64,000 nt of DNA from Ginglymostoma cirratum (Eukaryota): contig JAHRHZ010000126.1 in the NCBI GenBank assembly GCA_024137785.1, positions 6,374,467 to 6,438,466 of the forward strand, written 5' to 3'. Shown here one piece after another: positions 39,421 through 53,931 of this stretch. The notes beneath the pieces were generated by a model. The model did no database searches, had not been told where the DNA came from, and saw only the letters and a list, made by a program, of their open reading frames with translations. A program made the position numbers and the translations under genes. The stretch's first letter is position 1. Each line of letters opens with the position of its first letter.

Positions 39421-40224
39421 TCTTTAAGTTGACATCAAAACAGCAAATGACATGCGTGACTTTTGAAAGGTGGTGGAAAAAATCAAATCAGAGAAAAAGA
39501 ACGTTGAACAGAAAATTGTGTCGAAAAAGAGCCAGAACAGAAAAACAAAGAGGCCGCAAATTTATTTTAGATCGTGCATCAAAGCTAGGTCGTGTGATTG
39601 CCTTGCTCTTATCAACTTCCAAACAACATTTCTAGGAGTGAATAGTGCGTTGCTTCTATATCAGCAGCGCACCCTGCCTTTTAAACTATAAATATGGGTC
39701 GAAGTGGACAATCCTAGACAATGGTGGCAACAGCGATTGTTTCTGAATTAAGATATAAAAGCTTTGTGCGCTACTAATCCATCAGCTGTACGGTAAATAT
39801 CCACATCCCCTCCCCGCACACTAACGTGTGCAAATGTGAAGAGTTCCGATTACAAATGAAGATTGCACATTACAATAGGGCACTGCATTTTTGAGCAAGT
39901 CCATCAAACGCTGTACAGTGGTTGAATTAATTCAATGGTTTGAAACTAAAAACAATTCTTTTACTGAAATGTAAAACCTCATTCAGAATTGGAAAGCCTT
40001 GAAGCAAATTCGAGTCAAAAGACATCTAAAAGATGGGCGTCGAGTGGAAATATCCAGTTAAGAATCAGATAGAAGAGAGGCAGTGAAGAGTTAAAGGAAA
40101 ACAAAAAAAAAGCCTTCAACAAATTACATACCCCATGTATATTTTTCGCCAGTTAAACAGTATAAACAGTGACTAAGCGACCACTAAAAGTTCCTCAGAT
40201 ACAGTTAAGCACTGCTTTACTTGA

Positions 40225-40769
40225 TTATAGGTCCGCGTCCACGACATGGACATATTTGCGGGTGTCAGGAAAACAAAGATAAGGCGTGCTGCTCCCGGGG
40301 TACAGGACAGGGAAAGACACTGGTAATAAACATCTCCGCAGAAAACTGCTCTCTTTGTACATTGCTGGCATCTGGACTATCTTGGGGGCAGTTTCGGTGG
40401 TGTTTGTGACCTCTAGTTCGGCGGACAGTTGCCTTTTCAGTTTATTCCTGCGGTTCTGGAACCAGATCTTCACCTGGGTCTCGGTGAGTTGCAGAGAGTT
40501 CGCTAGGCAAGCGCGCTCGGCGCTGCTCAGATATCGCTTCATGTCAAACGTCGACTCGAGCTGGAAGATCTGGCTCTTGGAAAATATCGTGCGCGTCTTC
40601 TTTTTCGCGAGCACTTTGGCTTTCTTGTTGTGTTTGACTCGGCCCGAATCGTCGCTGTGATCCGCCGTTTCGAACGATTCGTAAGATTCCGGGCTTTTTA
40701 CCGAATGGTTTGCGTCCGTGGTGAATTCGAGCGAGGACGAGGAGGTGAGATAGCTGCCGTTCATTGTCT
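40225..40769 (-). CDS. SOHO1: SOHo-1 / Hmx4 homeobox gene, exon 2 (homeodomain)
   Basis: NK5 homeodomain [60 protein letters not shown] with SOHo-type IFSKSQ and [10 protein letters not shown]; acceptor CTGAC...TTTTGTGATGCAG|AG, phase 1; TAA at 40225-40227. Confidence 0.9.
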
Positions 40770-41139
40770 CTGCATCACAAAACCCAGCAAAGTCAGTTTT
40801 CTGTCGCTAGTACTGTGTGAGCATTTGCAAAACTATGTGTGGCACATTATAGCATAACTGTTGGATAAATAGACCGTGAAAAGATGGGATTATGAACTCC
40901 GGCCCTCTCGAGCTATAACATGAAAAGGCTAAAATCCTACATCTTGCTCATTACTAACCTACCACCCAAAAATAACAATGTCCTATCAATGCATGCATTT
41001 AGACTTTCCAACTGAATTTATTAGGTCCTCTTAATACGTGCATTGTTTAATAACCGATGCCTGGCAAACAAGGGCTCAAATAAACAGGTAACAATACCCC
41101 CGCGGAACCGGTACAGCATCTGCCTAACGCTGACAATAC

Positions 41140-41347
41140 CTTGACTTGTTTTCCTGTGGTCCTTGCCCTGTCTCATGTCCGTCCTGACCACTTCATGCCG
41201 TGATTTGAATTCTGACGCCGACGTGACTTGCTGCTTTGCACGGTCGTGCCTGAGCTCTTTGCATTTGGGGCCGGCTTTCAGAATACTGTCGATGGTAAAT
41301 GTCAGAGACAGAGGCTGACACTGGAAGCTCTCTTCCTTGTCCATCAT
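41140..41347 (-). CDS. SOHO1: SOHo-1 / Hmx4 homeobox gene, exon 1
   Basis: ATG at 41347, eh1 motif FTIDSIL, donor CAAG|GTATTG; 208+545=753 nt joins in frame (250 aa), 370-bp intron. Confidence 0.85.
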
Positions 41348-41519
41348 CCTGTGACCCCCCACTTCAGGCAGTCTGACAGTGAACCGTCTCAGTGAATTGT
41401 CCGGAAGCTCTCTGCAATGATCCCCGGTCCCGCCAGCACCATTCCTGCCCCTCTCAGAGCCGAGCTCGCTCGTTTCCCCCCAAAGTTATTCACTCCACAA
41501 GAAGATGGCCGTTTCTGGA

Positions 41520-41830
41520 AGCTTTGCATTGGTCCAAATGTGAGCAGCCAGCCTGATCCAATGGGAGGGCGGAGGCGGGCTGTGCTGCTGCCAGGCATCT
41601 GCTCCTCTCCACAGTGCGGTGACTCTGCACTTCAGGCCGCTCCAGAGTACAATTCTCAAGGCACGGCTGTATTCATAGAGCCTTCCTATTTCTCGCATTC
41701 ATTTGTGGCTTAAAACCTTCCAATTACGAAGTCTGTCAGTGACATGGCCATCACTGGAGAATGCAGAAAATCGCATTGGTACCGTGATCGGCCTTATTGG
41801 CTGCATTGCCCAGGTGCAGGGCAGTCTGCT
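41520..41830 (-). promoter_or_regulatory. Putative SOHo-1 proximal promoter
   Basis: CCAAT boxes (41528-41532, 41558-41562, and two near 41775-41800) and GC box GGGCGG (41567-41572) 180-450 bp upstream of the ATG. Confidence 0.5.
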
Positions 41831-42412
41831 TCACATTCCCACTCTTGCAGCTTCAGCCTGTTTGGGCTCATTTCAAAACAGGATCTGTACCTATTCTCAC
41901 AACTTTAGCCTTTGGCTTTCAATAGCAATCCACTACCAATTCTGCTCTTGTAAATTTATTTTTTAATCAAAGAGCCGTCCTCTGATTTAAAAAAAAACAA
42001 TTAATAATGTCATAATATTTGGAAGTTGCCATTTTACTCAGTCCTTTCTCTGCACACCATTGCCTGAATAGGCTTTTGAGGGAGATGTCAAATGGTGTCA
42101 GTATTATTGATGCAAGCTCCAGCAAGGGCGGGAGCGTTCCCTCCTGTTGGTACTTGCCTTTCTCTTTGTTTTCGCGACTGGCTGCTGTGAGGATTCAGAC
42201 AGGGGAGAACAGCGTTACAGTGGCTGTGCGCGCTCGGAATGTCATTTCATCCAACGCACACTGCCCGTTCCCAATTGATTCATCTCGGAAACCATTGCGA
42301 CCAACAGAACTTGGGTCAAACCGGCAGCGTTAGATTTTAGGACCGGAACCACGTGTATTAAATGCACGTATACATTGACATATCTTTAGTATATGTATGT
42401 TATATATCTATC

Positions 42413-42456
42413 GATAGATAGATAGATAGATAGATACGTAGATAGATAGATAGATA
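42413..42456. repeat. (GATA)n microsatellite
   Basis: Direct inspection, one interruption. Confidence 0.9.
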
Positions 42457-44197
42457 ATGCATACAGTATGTATGTAGTTGCGTGGGAAGTTTAAATTATT
42501 TGACCTATTGCATACGTTGGGTTCGGATTTGCTTCAGCAAGCTGTAATACAGCCAAAGATTGGCTAAGATCTGGACAGTAGACTTCAGCAGTAATACTCC
42601 AGTCATATCAGTCCATTCATGCTTGTCCTGCTTCATCCATCCTTCTTGAATTCAAGTATAGCGTCTGGCAAAGTCATGGGTATTGTGGAGTACGGGCTGA
42701 GGGCCTTCACACTTTATCTCCCTCATACTCAGTTTATTTACGTGACCGACGCCGTCTTCCATGGACCTTCCAATATTCCAGCTCAGGTGAATGGGCGAAC
42801 TTCGATTACAATGTTAAGGCTATGTTATATGCATACCACTTATTTCCGATACATTTACTAAAATATTCCTTTCTGCTTCCCAGATATTGTGCACGAATGC
42901 TGTAACATGGTGCCAGGATTCGCACTGAAAGCCACTGACGACCAATCAGTGTGCATTGAATGCTGAGTTTATCTATAGCAAGATTTTACCCCCCCCCCCC
43001 CAGGTAGAGGACATTTTGTTGATAAGTAAAATGATGTTTTATGCATGTGAGATTTCGCAGAGTTAATGCTGGAATTCAATTTAGAGTGCCTAAAGATCTC
43101 TAGTTCGAAAAATCTTTAAACATACAATTGACAGAACTAGAGTGAAATGAACAGAACATGAGTAACTTTCTATAATCCACAAGGGCAGGAGACGTAATGT
43201 GCATGAAGCACCCTGTTGCTTACTTCGCAACTTAAAGGAAAAATGGCAAATGCACATCAGAATTGCATTTCGTCCATTCAATATGCCAGCTATACTATCC
43301 TGGAAAGCAACGTTGTAAGTTATTCACTGTAAACCACTTTTCCAAATGTACGTTTTTAAACTTTTTTTCTCTGTGTAGGCGTCCATGTCAATGTAAACGT
43401 GAGCTGCGGTGTACATTATCCACACTGTCGTTAAACCGGGGAGTCCAAACTACACACTCATCAGAATATTGCACCAACGTTTAGTTCATCTTGCCTTTTC
43501 AATTATTCACATGAACTCAAAGTACTCGCTTTTATTTTGACTTTTAAATCTTTCTCCTCATGAAGTTGAGTGATAAAATAATTTCTACTTCGAGGGTCAA
43601 GTATAAATAACAGCACGCAGAATACGACGCCCTTCTAGTTTAACTATGTATTTTAACTCTTAATATTGAAAGGGCGTGCTTAATGGTTCAGCGTGTTGTA
43701 TTCTGACAATTCAGCATCTGAGAGTGAGATAATAGCAAATAGAATCAAAGCTTTCACAAGAGAACTGGATAGCCTCCTGAGGAGAAACAAGATAAGCATT
43801 GTAGGTCTCCGAGAAACGGCAAGGGAGTGGGACTGGCTGATTTATTCTTACAGAGAGCCAGCAACTGCACAATGGGTCGAACGATCTCCTTCTGTTGTGG
43901 TTACTCTGCTTCCCTAAACTAGCCATGACATGCTCTAATTGAGTGAGATTGTCAACTAGGCCCAAGATTAAAGCTGTGCAAATTGGATTATAATGGAGAA
44001 CCCGAACCAACCAAAACATCAGTCTGGGCTGGAGTTGAACTCAAGCAGCTGGGGCTAATTGATTTTTATCCATATAGTTTGCCAGGACAGACGAAATTTT
44101 AGAACATTCACGCTTTTAAACAAGATGGGTAGGAGGTTAGGGCTACTTCTAATGGCAATTTAATGTTCTGGAGACGAAACTTACTAATTGTGTCAAC

Positions 44198-44552
44198 GGT
44201 AGCTCCGTTAGCAGCACACTTCCCTCTGACTCACCGGGTTCTGAGCTCACGTCCCTGTCCCGCCCTTGGGTCCTGACGCTGCAGAGGTGATGTCAGATGC
44301 ATTGGCCTCTTCGATGAGGCATTGAACTGGGGTTCTCTAGTGTAAATGTGAAATGTCTCCGACGTTGCTTCGGAGAAGAACAGGGGAGGCATTTCCAACA
44401 CTTATCCCTCAAACAAAAACATGTGTTTGTTTGTTGTTGCGTTTTCCGTGCTACAGTAATGACTACGCTATTTTTTTGAAAAAGGATTGTTGGCTCGAAA
44501 TCATTTTGAAACGTCCGGTGGTGGTGAAAAGTAACAAATCTTTCCTTTCTTA
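44198..44552 (+). mobile_element. Near full-length DeuSINE-like SINE
   Basis: tRNA-like head, GAAGAACAGGGGAG...TTATCCCTCAA core, TTTTGAAACGTCC...GTGAAAAG...AAATCTTTCCTTTCTT tail. Confidence 0.55.
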
Positions 44553-44699
44553 AACTTCTTCAATGTTAACGTTTGTTAAATTTACACCTACTTTTCTGTT
44601 GAAAGCTCTTCCCCGGAGTAACAACAGCAACAAAGTTTGATACGTCCTATGAGGCTTATTTGTCATTGATCAAGTCGGATTTGTTTGGGATACTAATGG

Positions 44700-44832
44700 C
44701 GTTCTGAAGAAGCAACCGGACTCGAAACTTTAACTCTGCTTTCTTCCCGCAGATGCTGCCAGCCCTATTGAGTTCTGCCAGCATTTGCTGGTCTTCTTTC
44801 AGACCTCCAGCATCCGCAGTTCTTTGTTTTAT
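44700..44832 (+). mobile_element. Family-B PLE pLTR with tail; hammerhead helix II disrupted
   Basis: GTTCTGAAGAAGCAACCGGACTCGAAACTTTAACTCTG...GATGCTGCCAG...CAGACCTCCAGCATCCGCAGTTCTTTG. Confidence 0.75.
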
Positions 44833-47800
44833 ATCAAAGGCCCAAAGACCATGTTGCTTCATTCCACTGATCAATGGCGACCCGGAGTGCGTTACTGCTC
44901 AGTGCAGCGTGTTTCACTCTGCTTTGAATGGCTTACATGCACCCCTAAAGTAACAGTGCAACTCATTCTCTGGAAAATGAATCTTTCATATCTTCAAGAG
45001 TCTTACTTTTGGACATATCTTCCTTGTTCAGACAATTTGTTCACCAACAAGTCTTGCTCAAGCATTTGGTTTCACATTTTATTCTAAAAGTTAGTTAACA
45101 CAACAAAGACCGCACCCACCCCGACCATTTCAATCTCTTCTAAAGGGAATTCTCCTCTCTCTTTAGAATTAAGGTTAGGAAGCAAATAGAATCTCAGATT
45201 CTACCGGATGGTGGAAGTTTAAAACTCTCTTCAGCAAACAGCAACTGGTACGAGAGATCAATTGTTTGTCAGAGGCCTGAGGTACATTCACGCTTGTTAA
45301 TCAAATATATTCAGCAATATGAAGCAGATCCAGTCTTGGGTAACCGATCAGCCACCAACTACTAAAATGACGGAGCAGGTTAGAAGAACTAAATGGATTT
45401 GCTAAATGGATTTGCTCTTGTTCTTATGTTTTCGTGGCTTCCATCTTCCCCTTCTCAGTAATCTTCCACAACCTTAAAATGTTTCAACGACATTGATAAG
45501 AGATTTTTAAAAACGTAGCTTCCAAATCTCGCCTCCCTTTTGGCCTTGCGGTAACTTCTACAGTCCAGAATTCCCTTTCTAACACCTTCCACACGCCTTC
45601 TCATTCACCTTTTGTAATCCTCCCCTAAAACTGCCGTATTTATCAAGCTTTTGCTCATCATTGCAAATCTTTCACAAGAGCACAGGAAATAGGACCATCA
45701 TCAGACAGAACGGTTGACGGATCTGTTCCGCCATTCAATAACAACAGGGCCAATATAGGAATGCAACACTTCCTTGGCCATGTCTATGTCCCCTCATCCT
45801 AGAATGAAGAAAAGTTGTCTTTCTTAACCTATAATATGTAATGGGTTAGAAAATTCTAAAGACTCAATACTACTGAGTGAGAAATGTTCTCCTCAGCTCA
45901 GCCCTAAATGATTGTCCCGCTTCTCCTGAGGTTGTGCCCTCGGTCACCAACAGCCATCGGCCAGGGAAGCACTTGTGTATGCTGTCACCCCTTCATTCTT
46001 TAGTTCTTATATTTTCTGCCTTAAATACCTCGTATGAATTGCCATGGACGTTTCATTATATTCAACACTCTGTAAAATGTTTCTTTTAATTGTTAGCAGA
46101 TAGTAAGAAAAGTTGTTTTCAGCCGGTGGTGAACCACATTTCATATTGAAGGTTTCTGTCTATGCCTTTGCCATTGGGGCACTGACTAACTGCCTCACGT
46201 TGAGTTGATGGAATCTCTCTCTCCGATTAGTCTTGAAATTGTGAGACTCTGAATAATTTGTTTCACTCCTTCCTCACAAATTACAAAGCTCATCCCAATT
46301 GACACCAAGCTAAATCACATGATCGTCTGGAACACTTTACAACCACTAGCACTTTGTCAGAACAGGAGTAAGCTTTGATTTAACCAGCCACTGTCAACCA
46401 GTCCTGGTTGCAATTTGCGGCCAGCGTGCTTGGAGAGTGCTTACTTTACGGCGAAATGAGTTGAAAATAGGGCAGTATACGATCCTTGCTGAAATACCTG
46501 CGACAATGCAAAATTAAAATCTGCCAGTCACTGTAAAACGTCATCAATGTGAAGTTATCTGGCTCTGTTGAAAAACGTGATCATATAAGACAATGATAAA
46601 TATGCCAAAGCCATTTTTGTTGCTTTTAAATACTGTAACTGAGATGCTCCATTCCACTCGTTGACTGTAAAACTAATAAAATAAAAATCACAAACGCGCG
46701 TAAGTAGGATTAATAGATATGGTTTGCAGCATTACTGATGTTTTCATTTATATTCCTCCTATTCTTTCTACTGTTTGGCTGCAATTGGCCATAAGGTCAT
46801 TGTATACACCTCTCCCGTGTGTAAAAGACAGGAACTTCAGTTGTGTTCGCGCAAAAATAGATATTAAAGGTTCAAATTGGCCAATGAGATCTTATCTCAA
46901 TGTTTGACGGCGGAATTAGGCTAGAAGAGAAATGAATCGCTGTGCAGATTTCCTTTTCAGACGCAAAGACTTCATAGAACCTTCGTCCATTCAGAGAATT
47001 TTCTCATTGTAAAGAGGTTGGCTGCTGGGCCACCTATAATTTCGCATTTTTATTTCATGAAATAATAACGTCAAGTGTTGCGATATAATTTGTTTTTCCC
47101 GATAGGCTATTTGCTGGAGTATTACAATTGAATTACACTAACTTAAACAAAAGCTATTTTCTTACATCTTGTCCTGCTTTGATTTTTTTTCCCAAAATGG
47201 CGATGGAATGAAGAAACATAACAGAAGAGCTGCAATTACTTTTAAATCCAAGTCTGGATGTATTGACGTACAAAGATCGGGTGATATTTCATGCAAGGTT
47301 AGAATCAAAGCCAGTTCCTTGGGCTTCATGACCTATTCCACTAATTATGATTCGTGTCAACTACACCTCGCCTTTCTTCATTCATTTCTAAAGCATATCC
47401 TTCTGTCTTTTTCACTATAATTTTCTTTTCAAACTTTTCCTTGTAATAGATCAGCTTCCCTTTCAATGCATCATCCAACATGTTCCTGAATAATAAACTA
47501 CCTTCCTGCAGTTTCTCGTTCGCAAAGATACGTAGACGTGAAATGCGTCGGGCGTTAAAAGGAATGTTCTATATGAAACTGGCTCAACATGAAAAGACTA
47601 TCTTACGATCATGGGATTAATGAAACTGCCTGAAAGCTAAGATGGACGGAGAGAGGGACGTAGGAGTCGCATTTGAGGGAGTTGGGGTTGGTGATGAGAC
47701 AAAACTAGCATATTTCAGTAAATATGAATTTCAATTTACCAGTGCTCAAAATTTTCCATGATTAAAGGAGAACTTTTTTTTTTCAGTTAGAATCCTTCCG

Positions 47801-50327
47801 AACTGGGGACATCCTAAAGGGCTTTACAGACGGTTAAAAATGTTTGAAATTACACTAACTGCTGTAATGTAGGGAATTGCAGCAGCCAAACTCTAGATGA
47901 CAACCGGATAATCGGTTTCAATGCTAGTGTTTAAGAGGTGCAAGATAATCCCATTATATTTGGCAAAGCAATGCGAAAACGCAAGAAAAATTCCGTTGCT
48001 CTGAAAACCGCTCATGACGCGCAAGTAGTATTTCTCTCTCTATAGTAAGAACAATTTTAACCAGACTACTACATTGTTTCTTCTCCTTGGAAATTGCATT
48101 GCCAATATTCCACCGATTAATTTCTTCCTACTTCTGAGGCTACAGCAATCCAATCGTTCAGATAATTGCAATATCCTCTCATTCGTTCTAGTCAACGTCA
48201 ATCGTTAACGATAACATATGAGATACAAAGGTTATATACCAGATTTAGCGATTATTAAAATACGTTTATATTCCTTTCAAGTCCATTTTAAATCTCTTGT
48301 CATCTATTCCAAGCGCGTTTTACAACAACAGTTGGGAAAAGCTAATACATCCTTGAATGTAAATTGCATTCAGCTTTTTTTTAACTGACATTGTGGAAAT
48401 TTCCGAGAACGAAGATTCATAAAGTAATTGAACATGAAATCAAATAATTAAAACTCAAGCAGCTTTCGAATTGCTTCAATTACTACTCGTTTTGGTTCAG
48501 CCCCGTACTCTTTTATTAGAACGTTAAACGTATATGGAAAAATAATTTTCGAATACTCCGTTGTAAACATTGATGAACCATCTGAGTACATTCTGTCGAT
48601 CAATAATTTCAAAAGAACCTAATTTTGACATTCGAACTTTAAAACAATTGTGCAGGCAAATATCTTGTGTGGATTTCAAGCAATGAAAGCTAAAATTCAA
48701 GAAAAATGTTGGTCATTGTAAATAAAAGCGCATAATCCACTCAATTAGCGCTACAACGTCTCATCCAGAGAAGCATCAGATTAACTCCACGGTTCAATTA
48801 TTTCTACGCCTTTGATCCGACACTTGGGCAGGACCTTCTAGTCAGTACGAATATTATTCTGTGAATGTTCTTCCAAATTGAAAAATATTTTGGGTCTTTT
48901 TTACATATTTTTGTTTTTAATTTCAAAGATGAGATCAATATGACTATCGAATTAAAAATAATTATTTGTCAGTTGAACTATTGGATACCAGGTACTAAAT
49001 GAAAACCTGAAATTGTGGAACAATATTTTTTGGAGAATAACAGGCCTCTTCATTTGGCACATTTCCCCGAATCTTTCACTTCCATCGTATTTTCTCAATA
49101 TTTGCATCTTTGATGATCAATAGCACCATTCCAGTACAAATATTCTTCCTTTTTTATTGACTGTACCAATTTGTTTCCCCGTCTCTTGATTTTAAAGACC
49201 ATGCTGGAATGGCCCATAACTTCGTCTTCAAAACTGGCACGCCGCGTATTTCCAGGATTTGTTCCAAGCATAGATAGAGTTCTACTCAAATAGCTTCCAT
49301 TGCTCATAACATCATCACACGGCTGATTAAGAAGTTGTAGTTAGATGTGTCAATGTTTCGGAAAGTGAAATTTGGGATGTGATGACTGGATGCAAGTTAA
49401 ACAGTATGAGGCTCCATGGCCCAATGGTCTGCCTCCCTGCTGGACTGACTTCATCCTCTATCTGAAATCAGTGAACCTTACAGTTTCCTCCTTTGTAATG
49501 CAATATTTTCAACGCCTTCAAAACGACAAAGTACCTCGGATAAACAACGTCATGTTGTACATCAGGCCAGGGAATTAGAAATGGTGTACATTCAAGCCAC
49601 TGAATTTAACCCTCCTACATTTGAGACAATATACCGCACAAGGTGTGCATATGGAGAGCATCAGATCTTCTATAGGAGGGTTCGCACTGAAATCAATTGA
49701 TATAAAAGGCAGTTGAGACAATTGTTCTTTTGCATGCTCAGATAAATGTATACCGTTTGTTTTACAGATTCCCACAACGCTTTTGAAGCCTTGAAATCAG
49801 CGTAGTCTCACCTTGTTCTAGATGTGAAACATGGACATTATTTAGTGAGTTTGCTACTCGTTGTTAAATCTAATCTCAAATGTTTTGAAATCCTATAAAC
49901 AGCCACTGATGTGATGGGCTGTTCTTTCTTTGTATACTTTAAGATATGCTTTTGTCAGGGCACCTCGCTGTTTAAGAATGGTGCCAATAATAATCACGTT
50001 TCGCTTCTGTTTTCTGGGCAGTTTTATTTGGCACAGATGTTAATTTAGGCCATACGCCTTGTTGTTTCGCTCTTTTTGTATTTTTTAAACAATCTTCCAT
50101 TAATGCCCGACAAGTGAGGCTTTTACAGTCACAGACAATACAGTTGTCGCCATTTCTTCAACGTTAGTGTGATTAGGCGGCACAGTTACAGACAATGATA
50201 TAGTAATGTTCTCAAATGAGCAGCAATAAGGTCAGCCAGTCAGTATAGATACTCTAATCAGCCCACTTAGTGTATCGATGAGCAGCGATCGAGGTTTACT
50301 GAAACACATGCGGAACTCTGTGAAGAT

Positions 50328-50557
50328 CAGAAACATAAGCTGGAAAATCTCAGCAGGATCTGGCCACATCTGTGAAGAGAGGAATCAGGGTTTTAACGTT
50401 TCAGGTCCAGTGACCCTTCTTTACAACTGTTCTGAAGAAGGGTCACTAGACCCGAAACGTTAACTCCACTTTCTTTCCACCGATGCTGCCAGACCTGCTG
50501 AGACTTTCCAGCAATTTCTGAGTTTATTTCAGATTTCCAGCATCCGCTGTTCTTTCA
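50328..50557 (+). mobile_element. Family-B palindromic PLE insert
   Basis: Diverged inverted arms centred near 50428; tail CAGATTTCCAGCATCCGCTGTTCTTT on the right arm only. Confidence 0.8.
50432..50461 (+). ncRNA. Minimal type-I hammerhead ribozyme motif (intact core)
   Basis: GTT-CTGAAGA-A-GGGTC-ACTA-GACCC-GAAA-CGTT-AAC: perfect 5-bp helix II, GUU triplet, helix I GUU/AAC. Confidence 0.75.
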
Positions 50558-51468
50558 GCATTTTTTCAGCTGCGACGATCAGTCTCGGCACGAAGCAAAC
50601 TGAACAAGTGATCACTTCTTGGATTTCACATGATGGTCTCGCATTTTGTGGCATCAAATTCTGATATCACGTCGTTTGGAAATACTAAACAAGTAAAACT
50701 GTAAACACGACAACTCCTCTCACGAACTTTCAGAAATTACAAGAGCATTTGACTATGCCAAATAGTTAAGTATGATTCAATGACCAAGATAAGAGTATTG
50801 ACACCACTGCGAGACGGAAACTAAGGGAAGCTATAAAGCAGTTGGAGTTGGTTAAGTATAACTTTTAATGTCATATGTCGGTTCTATATTATTAACAGTA
50901 CTCATGTTTCTGATAACAATCATGCATTGCGTATAAAATGTCTTAACACAATAATATTTCACAATAAAACCTGAAGTCATGAATAAGACTGAGAATTTTT
51001 CGGACAAATATCCGCTGCTTTGATTAAACCTACAGCAGTATAAAAGTCACCTCAACAAGAACAAACAAATGCGTGTGATGTTATCTTTTCGGCTTTTCAG
51101 TGCAAGGTACAGTTTCGACCATACTGCATTAGACAATCAGAGTGCTGCATAGATGAAGCTTAGCTTTCTTTTCAGATTAGCAACTTGTAAAGCTAAAAAA
51201 GAAATATTGTTCCACGTTATTGCATCACATGAGGATAAATGTTTATCGTGTTTTGTGGACGAGACCATAACTCACTCGAATTGCTGCGAGAATATGCGAT
51301 TTTTATATGCAAACGATTAAATAAAAGGTACAATGTGAAATAAAATGAAGCCAATCAGCGTTCCTGGCGGTTCTGCAACAGCTCGATATTAAGTCAAATG
51401 ATATGTGATGATGAATGATGAGTTGATTCAAACACAAGTTTGCTTGCTTTTCAAGGATTTGAACAGCG

Positions 51469-51474
51469 TTTATT
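51469..51474 (-). terminator. Candidate HMX1 polyadenylation signal
   Basis: AATAAA on the minus strand about 535 nt after the stop codon. Confidence 0.5.
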
Positions 51475-52007
51475 GCAATATTTTTTCCTCCGATAATATA
51501 AATGTGGTTAGCTACATCGACTTAAAGTAATAAAATCAAGAACGCCCAGGAACTAATATTCATATGTACTAAAATCCCAGTGAGCATTTTGAATTTGCTC
51601 TGCAGTCCTCTCCGCCCATTCTAACCTAACAGTAAAAAATTCTAATGTTTAACGCATCAATATATTGTAAAAGCAAAGGAGACGTTATAGAAATTACCTA
51701 TAAAGTTATTCTTTTATATATTAGTAGTCCATGGGCATGGTGGGTTGTTTTATGACGTGGTCACAGCTGTTATTGCGGAAATCATCATATTCAAGACTGC
51801 AATCATTTCTTTGGATGTAACGGAGCACAAATTTCCAGTCCGGCTCTGCAGCCACAGCGCCCCAGAGCAAATTATTGCACATTTGCACCAACTAAAAGTG
51901 TTAGAGAAAAAAACATGAGCGTTGAAGTTAAACCAAAGACGTTTCGTTTCATTTCTCTCTAGGTGTCACCTACACCTTCCATTTACCATCTGGTCGAAGG
52001 TTCTGAC

Positions 52008-52643
<636 letters not shown>

Positions 52644-53627
52644 TTACAGGTCAGCTCTTGGTTACTTCACAGATTAAAGCGAATGTATTAAATAAAGGAT
52701 AAAGTCTGCTAGTATTGTTATTGCTCACAAGCGTGTGAAATGACTGTGTGCGGCTTAACCTATTCGCCTGAACATTACAAATTACATAAGCCGGGGGAAT
52801 CGCTTGAGTTTTCAGCGCTGTCGGATAAACGCATGAAAAATCGCCTTTATTTCGCTCACCATTCCTGGGCATCCGTCTATAGAATCGAGGGGCTAGCATG
52901 TACCTGGCGTTTATTGCTCAAGAGCGGTTGAGAAATGATTTGCAGGTTGTAAGGAATGCCCTGTCAAAAAACATTGTTGGGGGGATGGGGGGGGCGGCAG
53001 GAGGAGGTTGGAGAAATTGAACACACCACACGGAGAAAATGTATCAACGTTAGAAAAGTCGCTAATGCGGTTTTTCCGCAGCTAACCCAAGAGCTAGGAC
53101 TATCGACAGTGGTATATTTGCAACAAACAGCGGGGAGAGGGCGGAGTGTTTATTTCCTATTTTCTTATTTCAACCTTAACTTTGAAGTGTTTTTTTTAAT
53201 CATAAAACCTCATTCTCGTAGTTGGGCTCATTTATTTGAGAGCAGGGCAAGTGTTGAGTGCTAATTCACGCTTCCCTTCAATGTTTAGCCTTAGTTGACC
53301 GTCACCATTAATTAGGAGGCGGAATCATACTGCAATGATTTATTTTAAAGCCAGGTTTAGCCTCACCACTCACAAATCCGACAGTGGCGATATACTGAAG
53401 TGCCAGTGGAAAGCCCCCAACTTAGCTGCCCAGCAGCGGAACACCGCTGATGGGCTGTTACTGATCACAGACAGCGGAAAACTCCTGGTTTTAAAGCGTG
53501 AAGTAGTGGCATTGGTGTCAGGAGAGGTGGGGGTGGAAGCTTTGGTTGGGGGGGTGGGAAGGTGGGTTAAACTGACTGTTGGAGTCAGTGCTGTTCAGGG
53601 TCAGCGGCAAGACGAGAGTGAACTTAC

Positions 53628-53931
53628 TGTTTGGACTGGCACATCCCGCACATCTGGGCTGTGTTTGCGTATACCACTGCAGCATGCTTTCCCTGAGCGG
53701 AGAGTTGTGTGTACGTAGAGCCAGGCTGCAGAGCTGACAGCAGAACTGCCCGCAATGGTTCCCCGCAGTCCCGTGATGGTAAAAGCCGGCTCTGGGAGCA
53801 GCCCTCTGCGAGCTCTCCTCCTTGCTGTCTTCCTGCTTCCCTTTGCCATTACTCCGCAGCAGGTTCTCGATGAAAAATGAAGAAACCTTAACAGGAGCTG
53901 TGCCCTGGACCCCAGTCACTTTGTCCGGCAT
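53628..53931 (-). CDS. HMX1: H6 family homeobox 1 (NKX5-3), exon 1
   Basis: Starts MPDKVT...SSFFIENLL (eh1 motif, like HMX1 MPDE...SSFLIENLL), Kozak-like ACCATG, donor A|GTAAGT; 304+611=915 nt in frame (304 aa), 1009-bp intron. Confidence 0.9.

Noticed and set aside
40286-40660. Plus-strand ORFs antisense to the homeoboxes (also 52342-52677)
   Set aside because: Shadow ORFs of GC-rich coding sequence
45389-45417. Short tandem duplications (13 bp here; similar at ~1515, ~23750, ~59973)
   Set aside because: Ordinary two-unit slippage duplications
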